NCBI GenBank assembly: GCA_017452885.1
Contig: JAFTLF010000025.1
Span: forward strand, 1 to 36,496
Length of the DNA: 36,496 nucleotides
Source of the DNA: Alphaproteobacteria bacterium
GTDB taxonomy: Bacteria; Pseudomonadota; Alphaproteobacteria; RF32; CAG-239
Reading direction: 5' to 3'
Positions 1 through 10,224 of this stretch are shown in pieces. Numbering within the stretch: the stretch's first letter is position 1; the number at the start of each line of letters is the position of its first letter. Under the pieces are notes generated by a model that ran no database searches, was not told the DNA's origin, and worked only from the letters and a program-made list of their open reading frames with translations. A program made the translations under genes and the position numbers.

Positions 1-111
1 ATTGAGCGTATGTATGATCGATTGGCTCGCACCGGACGAGATACGGCATTGGTTAGTGATAAATTAACCAAACTTAAAAATCGCAAAACATTACATCCGT
101 CAAAGTCTTGA
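1..111 (+). CDS. 3' end of a gene entering the window (unknown product)
   Basis: Frame 1 is open from base 1 (IERMYDRLARTGRDTALVSDKLTKLKNRKTLHPSKS) to TGA at 109-111; too short to identify. Confidence 0.45.
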   Translation: MERMYDRLARTGRDTALVSDKLTKLKNRKTLHPSKS

Positions 112-181
112 TCGTGGATTATGTCATTTTTCGACTTAATCATATTTTCACCTTTGAATAATACTATATCTTCAGAGGAGA

Positions 182-1414
182 ATGGTGATGTTGAATATTT
201 TGTGGACAGCTTTTTTTGTTGTTTCGTTTATATATATTGTTTTGCAAAGTTTAATGTTCGGCAATGCTGACTTATGGGACGAAGCTGTTAATGCCATTTT
301 CAGTTCAGCCGAAAATGCTTTTAACATCGCTATCGGCTTGACCGGAATGTTGTGTTTGTGGCTTGGTTTGTTGAAAATAGCTGACAAGTCCGGATTGACG
401 GCTTTGTTGGCTAAAGCGTTGCGCCCGTTATTTGCCAAAATCATGCCCGAGGTACCGGTCGATAATCCGGCCATGGGTTCAATGATTATGAATATAGCCG
501 CCAATATGCTGGGTCTTGATAATGCGGCCACTCCTTTTGGCCTTAAGGCAATGGAACAGTTGCAAACTCTTAATCAGCACAAAGAAAAGGCTTCCAATGC
601 TCAAATATTATTTATGGTTATAAACGCTTCGGCAGTAACGCTAATTCCTGTCAGTATTTTGATGTATCGTACACGCTTTGGATCTGTTAATCCTTCAGCT
701 GTATTTATGCCTATTTTATTTGCAACATCGGTTTCAACATTGGTTGGCTTTTTAAGTGTAGCCTTGATACAACGTCTTAATATTTTTAATCGGGTGGTCG
801 CTGCTTATTTGGGTATCGGTATTTTAATAGTCGGTTGTTTAGCATGGTATTTTCTTAATTTATCACCTGAATTACGTTTGCAAGCTGCCGGAAGTCTTGG
901 CAACGCCATAATTCTGTCTGCCATAGCTTTGTTTGTCGGTTTTGGTTTCTTTAAGAAGCTTAATGTTTATGAAACTTTTATTGAAGGAGCTAAAGAAGGT
1001 TTTGAGGTTGCCGTGCGAATTATTCCATATCTTGTTGCTATGTTGGTGGCGATTGCAATGCTTCGGGCATCTGGTTTGATGAACCTGATTGTTTCCGGAT
1101 TGGAACACATTTTTGTTTTTTTAGGAATTGATATTGAATTTGTTCCGGCATTGCCGACTGCAATGATGAAGCCTTTATCCGGTAATGCAGCTCGATCAAT
1201 GATGTTGGAAACTTTTGCCACACACGGTGTGGACAGCTTTCCTTCTTTTGTTGCGTCCGTTATTCAGGGGTCAACCGAAACAACATTCTATGTGCTGGCA
1301 GTTTATTTTGGTGTGGTTAAAATCACCAAGGTAGGAGCTGCTTTACCTTGTGCTTTGTTAGCAGATTTTGCAGGTATTGTTGCCGCCGTTTATTTATCAT
1401 ATTTGTTTTATTAA
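182..1414 (+). CDS. Fused SpmA/SpmB-type nucleoside-recognition (gate) domain membrane protein
   Basis: 410 aa, multi-TM; ANMLGLDNAATPFGLKAM (SpmA-like) and GSTETTFYVLAVYFG (SpmB-like); GAGGAG RBS upstream. Confidence 0.88.
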   Translation: MVMLNILWTAFFVVSFIYIVLQSLMFGNADLWDEAVNAIFSSAENAFNIAIGLTGMLCLWLGLLKIADKSGLTALLAKALRPLFAKIMPEVPVDNPAMGSMIMNIAANMLGLDNAATPFGLKAMEQLQTLNQHKEKASNAQILFMVINASAVTLIPVSILMYRTRFGSVNPSAVFMPILFATSVSTLVGFLSVALIQRLNIFNRVVAAYLGIGILIVGCLAWYFLNLSPELRLQAAGSLGNAIILSAIALFVGFGFFKKLNVYETFIEGAKEGFEVAVRIIPYLVAMLVAIAMLRASGLMNLIVSGLEHIFVFLGIDIEFVPALPTAMMKPLSGNAARSMMLETFATHGVDSFPSFVASVIQGSTETTFYVLAVYFGVVKITKVGAALPCALLADFAGIVAAVYLSYLFY

Positions 1415-1467
1415 TCGGATATTAAATATCCTTTGTTAGATTCGAATAATAAATAGAGGTATAAAAA

Positions 1468-1932
1468 ATGCGTGCATTGGTTCAGAGAGTTTTACATTCC
1501 GACGTAGTAGTTGATGGCAAGACAGTTGCCGCTATAGGGCATGGTATGTTGGTGTTGCTCGGCGTGCAAAAGGGCGATTGTCAAGGCGATGCTGAATATC
1601 TGGCACAAAAAGTAGCCAATTTACGTATTTTTGAAGATGAAAATCAGAAAATGAATCTTTCTGTTTGTGATATAAAAGGTGAATTATTGGTTGTTTCGCA
1701 GTTTACATTGGCCGGAGATACAACGCGAGGTAATCGCCCAGGATTTGAAACCGCGGAAAAACCGGAAATTGCCAATCAATTATATGAACATTTTGTTAGC
1801 TGTTTGCGTCAAAAAAATATTCCCACGCAGACCGGAATTTTTCAGGCAGACATGAAAGTGTCTTTGTTAAATGACGGTCCGGTTACTTTTTTATTAGAAA
1901 AAAACTCTTGCGAGGTATCTCATGGAAAATGA
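1468..1932 (+). CDS. dtd: D-aminoacyl-tRNA deacylase
   Basis: MRALVQRV start, SQFTL motif, NDGPVT (Gly-cisPro) motif; GAGG RBS. Confidence 0.96.
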   Translation: MRALVQRVLHSDVVVDGKTVAAIGHGMLVLLGVQKGDCQGDAEYLAQKVANLRIFEDENQKMNLSVCDIKGELLVVSQFTLAGDTTRGNRPGFETAEKPEIANQLYEHFVSCLRQKNIPTQTGIFQADMKVSLLNDGPVTFLLEKNSCEVSHGK

Positions 1933-2695
1933 AGAAAATTTAACCCCTGAAGAAGAATTGGAAGACTTGCTTTATGAATTGTTTGAACTGGACTTTGATG
2001 AGCAAGAAGCAATTAATGAAATAGAGGCGGATATTTATCCTTTTTTGCAAAAAAATCCCAATAATATTTGTGCGCTGATTGTTTTGATGTTTGTTGAAAT
2101 CATGCACGGCAATCGCTACAAGGCTCAATCTCTGGCATACAAAATTTGGGAAGTTGGCGGAGAATTGCCCTCTTTCTTTGAGATTATTTATATTGAAAAT
2201 TTGCTAAGCTTGGGTTTGGTTGATATGGCAATGGTTTTGCTCAAGCCGCGTTTTGAACAATTATCTGTTAATATAAATGATTTTTACTCTGTTTTGCTCA
2301 AATTTTCGGTTATGACCGGTAACACTGCTTTATTGCGTCGCATAGAAGGTTTTGACGCTGTTTCCGGTGATGATGAAGAATTATTCAATTTAACGGACAA
2401 GTATGTACGTGCTAATAAAAATGATATATTCAAAAATGTGCAAAAAATTATTCTTGATAGTATTGGCGAAAATATTTGTGCTTATGAATATATGCTGTCA
2501 GATTCTGCATCGCCGCAATTGGAAATTCAATTGTATCTTAATTCCGAAGAAAATCGTTGTCTGTTTTTGCAACAGCAGATTAACCAAAAAATCAAGGCAT
2601 TTCTGCTTTCTGCTAATGCGACAGACTGTGATTTTGTTAAAGCAGTTGTCCTTAATATAAAAAAGCACGAGGCTTGGCTTCCAGAAGAAGACTAA
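1922..2695 (+). CDS. Hypothetical acidic protein
   Basis: 257 aa ORF overlapping the dtd 3' end, GAGG RBS, very acidic N-terminus; no family recognised. Confidence 0.7.
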   Translation: MENEENLTPEEELEDLLYELFELDFDEQEAINEIEADIYPFLQKNPNNICALIVLMFVEIMHGNRYKAQSLAYKIWEVGGELPSFFEIIYIENLLSLGLVDMAMVLLKPRFEQLSVNINDFYSVLLKFSVMTGNTALLRRIEGFDAVSGDDEELFNLTDKYVRANKNDIFKNVQKIILDSIGENICAYEYMLSDSASPQLEIQLYLNSEENRCLFLQQQINQKIKAFLLSANATDCDFVKAVVLNIKKHEAWLPEED

Positions 2696-2701
2696 ACAAA
2701 A

Positions 2702-3739
2702 CTAGTCTTTGGTATTTTGCAAGCGAGAAGGTGTAATAATAGATTCTGTTCCAATAGTACTAAAGCGGTTGTCTTTGATTTTAGGCAATAGTTGCTTACA
2801 TCCCTTAGCTAACAGTTTTTTCATTAATGAAGCGGCAACTTTTTGCTCATCATCATCACTTTGGAACAAAATAAAACGATTTTGATGTTCAATAATAGAT
2901 GTTCCTTTGGCTGTATCAATCAGTTCGAGTTGAACTACCATTTGCAAACGATTGGTTTGTTTATTTATCGGGTCAACTTTTGCCCGCAATACATTGGTAT
3001 TAATGATATAGTCTGCATCCGTCTTAGAAGTTACGGTTTTGATATTGGCATTTTCACTCAAAGCTTGGCGTATATCAGGATAAAATCCTCCGGTTTCGCT
3101 ACCGTTATAAAATTTTGTTCTTTCAACAAAAACAATTATCTTGTTATCTTCGCTTAAAGATTGGTTTTGTTTGGCAGATGTTGTTTCATAAGCAATTTCT
3201 TGATGAATTTTCGGTTGCGGCTTAGGAGGAAATTCACTAACCGGCTCTGGTAAGCTTTTCGGATCGCTTTCTAATTCCAAAGTAAGCTCATCTTCTTCAA
3301 TTATATCAGCATCGTCTTTTGCAGACACAGTCTGCTTTGAGGTTTCATGTTCATTGCTGACCTTAGCAATATTTTGTGGCGACAGGTATCCCGTTACTTC
3401 GACACAAATTTGCTCATCATTCTGCTCCAAGGTGCGTACAGCCATATCTTCCAGATGATTATCTACCAAACTGTATACCAAAACATTGAAATCATGAGGT
3501 TGCGCTTGTGCGCGAATATCACTCAATGCCGAAATATGTTCAACAGCCTTAAATGCTGCTTTATCCGTAGCGCGCACCCTTGCTCCGGATTTAGCCTCGC
3601 CGGAACGAAGCGATTCGCAAGCCGTAGCATAAACCGAGATAGTATCTTCTCCTGAACCGTCATCTTGTGCTTGCGCGGCAAAAGAAAACATCGTCAACAG
3701 CAGAAACAAGCATGTCGAACTTAAGTGTGTTTTATGCAT
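2702..3739 (-). CDS. Secreted/periplasmic protein, possibly FlgT-N/LPP20-like plus TolB-N/CsgG-like domains
   Basis: Probable start MHKTHL at 3739 (TAATG overlap with upstream stop); Sec signal ending AAQA; two globular parts joined by an acidic Pro-rich linker. Domain names are by-eye resemblance only. Confidence 0.6.
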   Translation of the reverse strand: MHKTHLSSTCLFLLLTMFSFAAQAQDDGSGEDTISVYATACESLRSGEAKSGARVRATDKAAFKAVEHISALSDIRAQAQPHDFNVLVYSLVDNHLEDMAVRTLEQNDEQICVEVTGYLSPQNIAKVSNEHETSKQTVSAKDDADIIEEDELTLELESDPKSLPEPVSEFPPKPQPKIHQEIAYETTSAKQNQSLSEDNKIIVFVERTKFYNGSETGGFYPDIRQALSENANIKTVTSKTDADYIINTNVLRAKVDPINKQTNRLQMVVQLELIDTAKGTSIIEHQNRFILFQSDDDEQKVAASLMKKLLAKGCKQLLPKIKDNRFSTIGTESIITPSRLQNTKD

Positions 3740-4386
3740 TACCACCAACTTCCGTCATCATTCTGAACACGACGAAGAGATTCCGTCCATTGCCCGATTT
3801 TATTATTATCAGTATCAAATAAAACTAACTTAAAAACCAGAATTGGCTCCTCAGGAGTGCCGGCATTATCAATTACCGGTTCCAAAATATAATCAGCTTC
3901 TTCCAAATCGTTCACAACTTTATATGTGCGAGAATTTTCAATTGTTTTCTTAACGGTTCGTTCTGCGTTATAAACTCCGTCAGGTAATTGTCTGTCTGCT
4001 TTTTTCAGGTCTGCAATATAGATAAAGCTTTCGGCATTGTCCTCATAAAAAGTTCCGGTTTCATCAAGAAAACGATTAATTGCGCGTGTGGCAGCAATGG
4101 CATAAACTTCTGGAGCCGGTTCATTAAGCATGTAACGACTACCACGAGAAGCAATTCGATATGTGACACCATCTTCAGTATATTCCACATATTCTTCATC
4201 TGTGTGGGATTTGCCTTTTTTATTGCAACTTTTGCAGTCTTTGCCAAACAGCATTTCACTCAAGGTTGTGTCTTTCGGCTTGATTTCGTGTCCGAAAATT
4301 AAGCGATCAAGAGTCATGTCTTCGGTATTGCTGCAAGCAGTCAGCAACATTGGTAAAACAATTAGTAATCCGGTCTTTTTCATCAT
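3739..4386 (-). CDS. Lipoprotein, C-terminal half resembling LpoB/TolB-N fold
   Basis: Probable start MMKKTG at 4386 with AAGGA RBS; lipobox LLTAC; ADYILEPVI...FKLVLFDTDNNKIGQW pattern. Confidence 0.65.
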   Translation of the reverse strand: MMKKTGLLIVLPMLLTACSNTEDMTLDRLIFGHEIKPKDTTLSEMLFGKDCKSCNKKGKSHTDEEYVEYTEDGVTYRIASRGSRYMLNEPAPEVYAIAATRAINRFLDETGTFYEDNAESFIYIADLKKADRQLPDGVYNAERTVKKTIENSRTYKVVNDLEEADYILEPVIDNAGTPEEPILVFKLVLFDTDNNKIGQWTESLRRVQNDDGSWW

Positions 4387-4538
4387 ATCTAGTCCTTGCA
4401 CACAATAAAACTTGTTATCAGTATAAAAGCAAAAAATAAAATTCACATTATATTTCTTTTACTTATTCACCATTTGCAATTTAAAATAAAATATACTAAA
4501 CTCCGACATCAGAGTAGAAATATCCGAGAACATGAAAT

Positions 4539-4976
4539 ATGGTTATTACTTTTACGACTATCTTACTTGGACTGGCTGCGTTTATATATCCGTTGCGCCG
4601 CAATAAGTTTTATTTGTTGAACAGCGCTGCAATTATAGGTATAGCTTTTTATCTTGAAAGCTATCATTTTCGCACTAGTGTCTTTAGCTTTAAGACAATT
4701 TTGTTATTTGTGGTTTTTCAATTAATCAGTATTAATATCACAACGTTTTTTGCTTATTGGTTTGATAAACGTGCAGCTCAAAAAGGTGCATGGCGCGTGC
4801 CTGAGCGTGATTTGCATATTTTGGAGTTTCTTGGAGGGTGGATTGGAGCATGGATAGCTCAAAGACTGTTTCGTCATAAAATATCCAAAAAAAGCTATCA
4901 GGTAATGTACAAACTCATGATTGTTATGGAGTTTGTGGCTGTCTTTTTTATTCTCAAATTTTTACACCTAATATAA
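4539..4976 (+). CDS. DUF1294 family membrane protein
   Basis: DKRAAQKGAWRVPE...GGWIGAWIAQRLFRHK signature, with extra N-terminal TM segments. Confidence 0.85.
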   Translation: MVITFTTILLGLAAFIYPLRRNKFYLLNSAAIIGIAFYLESYHFRTSVFSFKTILLFVVFQLISINITTFFAYWFDKRAAQKGAWRVPERDLHILEFLGGWIGAWIAQRLFRHKISKKSYQVMYKLMIVMEFVAVFFILKFLHLI

Positions 4977-4991
4977 ATTAGAGGACTGTAC

Positions 4992-6761
4992 ATGGCAAAA
5001 GCACATCAAATGGTTGAAGCACCCAAGCTTCCTTTTTGGGATCACTACAAAATTATGTGGCCATATGTTCGGCCTTATCTTTTCAGAGCTCTTTTAGCGG
5101 TAGCACTTTGCATACCTATAGGAGCGCTTGATGCTGTTGTTGCCTTGGCGCTCAAGCCCTATATGGATGTGGTGTTGGTGGATAAATCTGATCAATCGCC
5201 GGCATATATTCCTTTGGTTATTGTTGCTTTTACATTGGTACAAGGCATTCTAAACTACTCTGCAACGTATCTCAATGGTTGGGTCGGTGGCAAAATTACC
5301 ATGGATGTTAAACGTAGTTTGTTTCGTAAACTTTTGTTTCTTGAACCGGCTTTTTATGACAAAAATGATTCCGGTTATATTATTCAGCGCTTTTCATCCG
5401 ATGCTGATGCCGCCTGTAATGGTCTGATAGACAATATTCGCCTTTTCTTATCACGTGTATTTTCATCGTTATCGCTTGTTGGTGTTTTGATATATAACTC
5501 TTGGCAACTGTCAATTATTGCAATTTTAGTCTTGGTGTGTGCGCTAATGCCACTATCTCAAGTGCGTCGCATGATTAAAAATACTATCAAAAAACAAGTT
5601 GCGGAAAGTGCTACCGTTCTTACCAATTACAATGAAACTTATGCCGGTTGTAAAACCATTGCTTCATATAATTTGCAAGAACATTCTTTTGAAAAATACA
5701 ATAATACAGTTACCAAACTGTTCAAGCTCAGCATTAAGATGATTCAAAAAACAGCTTGGTTAACTCCGATGCTTCATGTTGTTGCTTCAATAGGTATCGG
5801 TGCTGTTATCGGTTTTGGTAGTTATCTCATTGTTAATGGTACCATAACCAGTGGTAACTTTGTTTCTTTTTTAACTGCTTTGATAATGCTTTATGGTCCG
5901 ATAAAGAATATTGGTAAGAATTTTAGCGCTGTGCAAGTATCTTTTTTGGCAATTGAGCGTATTGCCGAAATTCTTAAAATTGAACCAACCATTAAAGACA
6001 AAATAAAGGCAAAAGAACTTAAAAAAGTTGAAAAAGAAATTTGTTTCAACAATATTTCTTTTTCGTATAATCCTGATGTTCCGGTATTAAAAAATATCAA
6101 TCTGAAAGTCAAAGCCGGAACTACAACTGCCATTGTCGGTAATTCTGGCGGTGGAAAATCAACAATAGTAAGTTTGTTGCCTCGCTTTTACGATGTTTGT
6201 TCAGGAAAAATTACTATTGATGGCTCTGATATAAGAGATTTGACGTTGCAGAGCCTGCGTGAAAATATTGCGGTAGTTTTTCAAGATAATTTCTTATTCT
6301 CTGGGACTATTCGCGATAATATCCTTTTGGGCAAACCGGATGCTACTGATGAAGAAATTAATCAAGCCCTTGAAATGGCCTATCTTAAAGATTTTGTTTC
6401 TGAGCAAGAAAACGGTCTTGATACAGATATCGGAGAGCGAGGTTCTTTGTTGTCAGGCGGACAGCGTCAGCGCTTGGCAATAGCTCGTGCTTTCATAAAA
6501 AATGCACCGATAGTAATTTTGGATGAAGCAACATCCGCGCTTGATAATAAGTCTGAAGCTGTTGTGCAAAAGGCAATTGATAATTTGATGCAGGATCGCA
6601 CGGTTTTTGTTATTGCTCATCGTTTATCAACAGTACAAAATGCCGATGAAATTATTGTTATTAATGACGGTGAAGTTATGGAAAAAGGTTCGCACGAACA
6701 GTTGCTGAAAATAACCAATGGTGCATACGCTTCCTTATATAACGCCCAATTTAAGAAATAG
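4992..6761 (+). CDS. msbA: MsbA-like ABC exporter (fused TMD+NBD)
   Basis: TM domain followed by Walker A GNSGGGKS, signature LSGGQRQ, Walker B ILDEATSALD, H-loop IAHRLST; GAGGA RBS. ABC exporter is certain, lipid A specificity is inferred. Confidence 0.8.
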   Translation: MAKAHQMVEAPKLPFWDHYKIMWPYVRPYLFRALLAVALCIPIGALDAVVALALKPYMDVVLVDKSDQSPAYIPLVIVAFTLVQGILNYSATYLNGWVGGKITMDVKRSLFRKLLFLEPAFYDKNDSGYIIQRFSSDADAACNGLIDNIRLFLSRVFSSLSLVGVLIYNSWQLSIIAILVLVCALMPLSQVRRMIKNTIKKQVAESATVLTNYNETYAGCKTIASYNLQEHSFEKYNNTVTKLFKLSIKMIQKTAWLTPMLHVVASIGIGAVIGFGSYLIVNGTITSGNFVSFLTALIMLYGPIKNIGKNFSAVQVSFLAIERIAEILKIEPTIKDKIKAKELKKVEKEICFNNISFSYNPDVPVLKNINLKVKAGTTTAIVGNSGGGKSTIVSLLPRFYDVCSGKITIDGSDIRDLTLQSLRENIAVVFQDNFLFSGTIRDNILLGKPDATDEEINQALEMAYLKDFVSEQENGLDTDIGERGSLLSGGQRQRLAIARAFIKNAPIVILDEATSALDNKSEAVVQKAIDNLMQDRTVFVIAHRLSTVQNADEIIVINDGEVMEKGSHEQLLKITNGAYASLYNAQFKK

Positions 6762-7323
6762 ATTGATGCGTTGTTTGCCGTTTGCGACGTAACAAAACAT
6801 ACAAAGCTCCGGCTCCGCCGTCTTCTTGCGTGGCATGACAGACAGCTAGTATCAACGGACGCAATTCTAAGGTATTAAACCACGCCGGCACTGCCTCACG
6901 CAAAATTCCCTTTCTGGTATACCAATCGTCGGTGTCACGATTTAATCCTTTGCCTGTAATAACTAAAACACAACGCAAATTTTGCAAATACGCATTGCGG
7001 ATAAAACTACCGACAGCTTCAAAGGCTTCTTTTTCCGTAAGCCCATGCAAGTCAAGTCGTCGTTCAATCTTAAATTCTCCTTTGCGAAGTTTTTCGGCTG
7101 TGCGCCGATCAATATTATTAAATTCATCAACATTCAAATTGTCTAAAGTTGTGCCTTTGTATGCTTGAGCATAATCAATATGTTGACGAATTTCATCAAT
7201 AATCAAAGGAGCTTCCGCTCCGGACGGAACATTCGGTTGTTTAAGTTTTTTTACGCCTTTGATATTTTCTTTCCAGAAGTTTTCATCTTCGGCTTGAGGA
7301 ATATTATTCAGTTTTTTCATCAT
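6751..7323 (-). CDS. Smr-domain (small MutS-related) protein
   Basis: LDLHG, VITGKG and GGAGALYVLLRR motifs; probable start MMKK at 7323; usual position after mltA. Confidence 0.9.
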   Translation of the reverse strand: MMKKLNNIPQAEDENFWKENIKGVKKLKQPNVPSGAEAPLIIDEIRQHIDYAQAYKGTTLDNLNVDEFNNIDRRTAEKLRKGEFKIERRLDLHGLTEKEAFEAVGSFIRNAYLQNLRCVLVITGKGLNRDTDDWYTRKGILREAVPAWFNTLELRPLILAVCHATQEDGGAGALYVLLRRKRQTTHQSIS

Positions 7324-7795
7324 TTGATGATTCTTGTTTTTTTTCAATCATTAGATTAGCAAAATTATTAACCACAAATTCTTTCCAATCACCATCCGGA
7401 GCAACACAACCTTGATTTTTATTGGCTGTATCTACCAAAACCACTCCGCCGAAATCCCATATATTTTGACAATTTTCCAGAGATGACAGCATAAATTCTT
7501 TAGTTCGTTGCAAAAGTCTGGCATCCAATTTCTTCTTGATTATATGAGTTGAAATCATAATGAGTGCCACCATAAATAACAAACCAAACAGTGGTCCGAC
7601 CGTCATAATTAATAACAATCCAAGTAAGATTGGCACTAAAATCGGCAACAAAACTTCCCATGGATTATATACTGGTGAATTGGGGCGATTAATTTGACTG
7701 GTTAACAGACAAATATGAACTCTATCTTCATTAGCCGCTTTTTGCAACGCAGCAAAAATCAGTTCATCGGCACGACTTTTGATTTTTTTCCCCAT
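7304..7795 (-). CDS. Hypothetical membrane protein (2 TM)
   Basis: 163 aa with a hydrophobic hairpin; coupled to mltA by TAATG overlap; GGAGG RBS. Confidence 0.7.
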   Translation of the reverse strand: MGKKIKSRADELIFAALQKAANEDRVHICLLTSQINRPNSPVYNPWEVLLPILVPILLGLLLIMTVGPLFGLLFMVALIMISTHIIKKKLDARLLQRTKEFMLSSLENCQNIWDFGGVVLVDTANKNQGCVAPDGDWKEFVVNNFANLMIEKKQESSNDEKTE

Positions 7796-8940
7796 TATTT
7801 GTCCTCCTTGTTTTTCGGCAATAAAACAAAGTAACGTCCTTTGGAGTTCATTTTGCCTGCCAGTTCCAATACATCATCACCGCCGGAACCCCAAAAATAA
7901 TCTCCGCGTACAGCACCTTTTATTGCGCTACCAATATCCTGAGCAATAACCAATTTTTCAATTACCTCACGATTGGGGCCGCTAGTTTCCAACCACAACA
8001 ATGCTCCAAGCGGAATATATGCCTTATCTACAGCAAGTGAGCGTCCTGCCGTCAAGGGTACTCCTAACGCCCCCAAAGGTCCCTCGGCTTCACTAAGTTT
8101 ATGAAAGACATAGCGCTGGTTTTTATCAAGATATTTATTGGCAACTTGCGGATTTTTTTTAAGCCATTTTTTTATTTTTCCCATAGATGCTTCGCCTGGT
8201 TTAATGGCTTTTTGCTCTAACAAAATACTGCCAATACCTTTAAATTCGCGACCGTTAGTATCGGCAAATCCAATGCGTACTTTTGAGCCGTCATCAAGAT
8301 TAGCAATTGCAGAACCTTGAATTTGCATGACATAGACATCAACGTAGCTGTCCGCCCAAAGAATTATCGGTGCATCAACGCCATAATTGACAATTTCGGC
8401 ACGAGTAGAATAAGGCACAAGCTTGTTGTTGTTGAGTTTTCCAACCAGCCGTTTGGATGGCATGGTCTTATCAAAGTCATGCGGATCAAATTCAATCAAA
8501 TCATTCGGTTTACCATAAATAGGGACGCTATATTGTCCTTTCTTATCACGAGAAGCATTAATTTCTGCTTCGTAATAAGATGTAAATTTACCTTCACTGT
8601 TGCCGTCAAAACTAATCAAATAAGGAACAAAATTTTCTTCCAAAAATTTTCTGAAATCTTGCGCTGAAGATGGGCGTTTGGTACATATGCGTAAATAATC
8701 GGAAGTCCTAATTTTGAGAGCCGCATTGCCCAAAAATTCGGCTTTATTGTTTTGCAATTTTTCGCAACTCAAACTATACGCATGAAATGCCTCTTGCAAA
8801 TCATCGTTATTCCATCCCTTAATGTCAGCAAAAGCAACCGGCGTATATTCTAATCCGGTTTGGGGCTTAGGAACATCCGATTCTCCACAAGAAATCAATA
8901 ATAAAATCGGAATAATGAGTTTATAAACGTTTCGAGCCAT
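7795..8940 (-). CDS. mltA: Membrane-bound lytic transglycosylase A
   Basis: Lipobox LISC; FTSYYE, QIQGS, SLAVD (catalytic Asp), QDIGSAIKGAVRGDYFWG 3D-domain motifs. Confidence 0.94.
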   Translation of the reverse strand: MARNVYKLIIPILLLISCGESDVPKPQTGLEYTPVAFADIKGWNNDDLQEAFHAYSLSCEKLQNNKAEFLGNAALKIRTSDYLRICTKRPSSAQDFRKFLEENFVPYLISFDGNSEGKFTSYYEAEINASRDKKGQYSVPIYGKPNDLIEFDPHDFDKTMPSKRLVGKLNNNKLVPYSTRAEIVNYGVDAPIILWADSYVDVYVMQIQGSAIANLDDGSKVRIGFADTNGREFKGIGSILLEQKAIKPGEASMGKIKKWLKKNPQVANKYLDKNQRYVFHKLSEAEGPLGALGVPLTAGRSLAVDKAYIPLGALLWLETSGPNREVIEKLVIAQDIGSAIKGAVRGDYFWGSGGDDVLELAGKMNSKGRYFVLLPKNKEDK

Positions 8941-9608
8941 TATTTTTTAGTCGAAGTTAAAATCCAATTTGGTGAAGTAGAGTTAATTGCTCGTTCAAAT
9001 GTCCAAACATCAGTGATGTTTTGAATATAGTTTTCATCACCTTCAATAACTGTACCGTCTTTATCACGCAAGATATTGACTTGTTGCGAAACAAATTCAA
9101 CACTAATTCGTGCAATTTGTTTATCAGAAATTTCCGCTTTGGTTATTTCAGATTTATCAAAGCAAATAAAATCCGTTTCTGCGGAGATTCCGTCTTTCTG
9201 TCGTTGTTCAATTATATCTTGAAATTTTTTGTATAGCTTTGGACTCAAAAGCATTTCCAGCGTTTCTGTATCTCCGTTATTAAAAGCATCGGTAATAATT
9301 CGAAAAACGCGTTCTGCACTTTGTAGAAATTTGCTTTTGCCGAAATTAGGAATTTGGTTCAAAATTTTATCTGTTTCACTCAAAGGAGTATCATCAACCG
9401 GAGTTAATTCTTCAGGTTCTTCAACATCTTTAACCGATTTTTCATATTTTTCACTTTCTGTTTTCAAAATATTATAAAGCTTTTCAGCACTTTCTTTGCT
9501 AAGACGAATATGCTTTTCCTCCGCAGGACGAGTGCCGAGTAAGCTCCGCAAACGCTGAAAAATCAGTACCACAACAACCAACAGAACCAAAATATCAAGA
9601 TTTGTCAT
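8940..9608 (-). CDS. Tim44/TimA family protein
   Basis: N-terminal TM then RLRSLLGTR; C-terminal DVWTFER...PNWIL; divergent from secB as typical in Alphaproteobacteria. Confidence 0.9.
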   Translation of the reverse strand: MTNLDILVLLVVVVLIFQRLRSLLGTRPAEEKHIRLSKESAEKLYNILKTESEKYEKSVKDVEEPEELTPVDDTPLSETDKILNQIPNFGKSKFLQSAERVFRIITDAFNNGDTETLEMLLSPKLYKKFQDIIEQRQKDGISAETDFICFDKSEITKAEISDKQIARISVEFVSQQVNILRDKDGTVIEGDENYIQNITDVWTFERAINSTSPNWILTSTKK

Positions 9609-9756
9609 AATTTATTCTTCCCCTCTCATTTCTCCATAAATATAGCTTATTTATAACTTTTATCAACTGTTTATTATCGTTTGACCAAAACAAATTTTGA
9701 GTGTAAAAATATGGTCAGAAAAGATATTTAGCAGTATTGATTTCAAGGAGATTAAT

Positions 9757-10215
9757 ATGAACAAAGAAAATCAACTTCCTCAACCTCCGGTGATGGTTCA
9801 TCATCAATATATACGCGATTTGTCATTGGAGATTCCGCATGCTCCGGAAATTTTTAAAGATAGCCACGGCGAACCCAAAATCAACATTTCTGTCGATATT
9901 AACGCTAAGCATCTTGAAGCAAATTTGTTTAATGTAGAATTGTCCTTTCATATAGAAGGGGATGTTGAAAACAAAAAGCTTTTTATCCTTGAAATGATAT
10001 ACGGCGGCGTTGCGGCTCTGAATGTTCCGCAAGAACATGTCGAACCGGTGCTGATGATTGAAGTTCCGCACCTAATGTTCCCATACGCTCGCCAGTCTAT
10101 CAGCAATGTAATGGCTAGCGGCGGATTGCCCCCGTTGATGCTTAACCCGATAGATTTTGTCGGAATGTATCAGGCTCGCCATCCACAAGGAAATGACAAT
10201 ACCCCGAAACAATAG
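9757..10215 (+). CDS. secB: Protein export chaperone SecB
   Basis: QYIRDLSLEIPHAP, LMFPYAR, GGLPPLMLNPIDF; probable ATG at 9757 after AAGGAG. Confidence 0.95.
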   Translation: MNKENQLPQPPVMVHHQYIRDLSLEIPHAPEIFKDSHGEPKINISVDINAKHLEANLFNVELSFHIEGDVENKKLFILEMIYGGVAALNVPQEHVEPVLMIEVPHLMFPYARQSISNVMASGGLPPLMLNPIDFVGMYQARHPQGNDNTPKQ

Positions 10216-10224
10216 TTGATTTTT

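Noticed and set aside
182-1414. SpmAB as evidence of sporulation
   Set aside because: Fused SpmAB-type proteins are widespread in non-sporulating bacteria.
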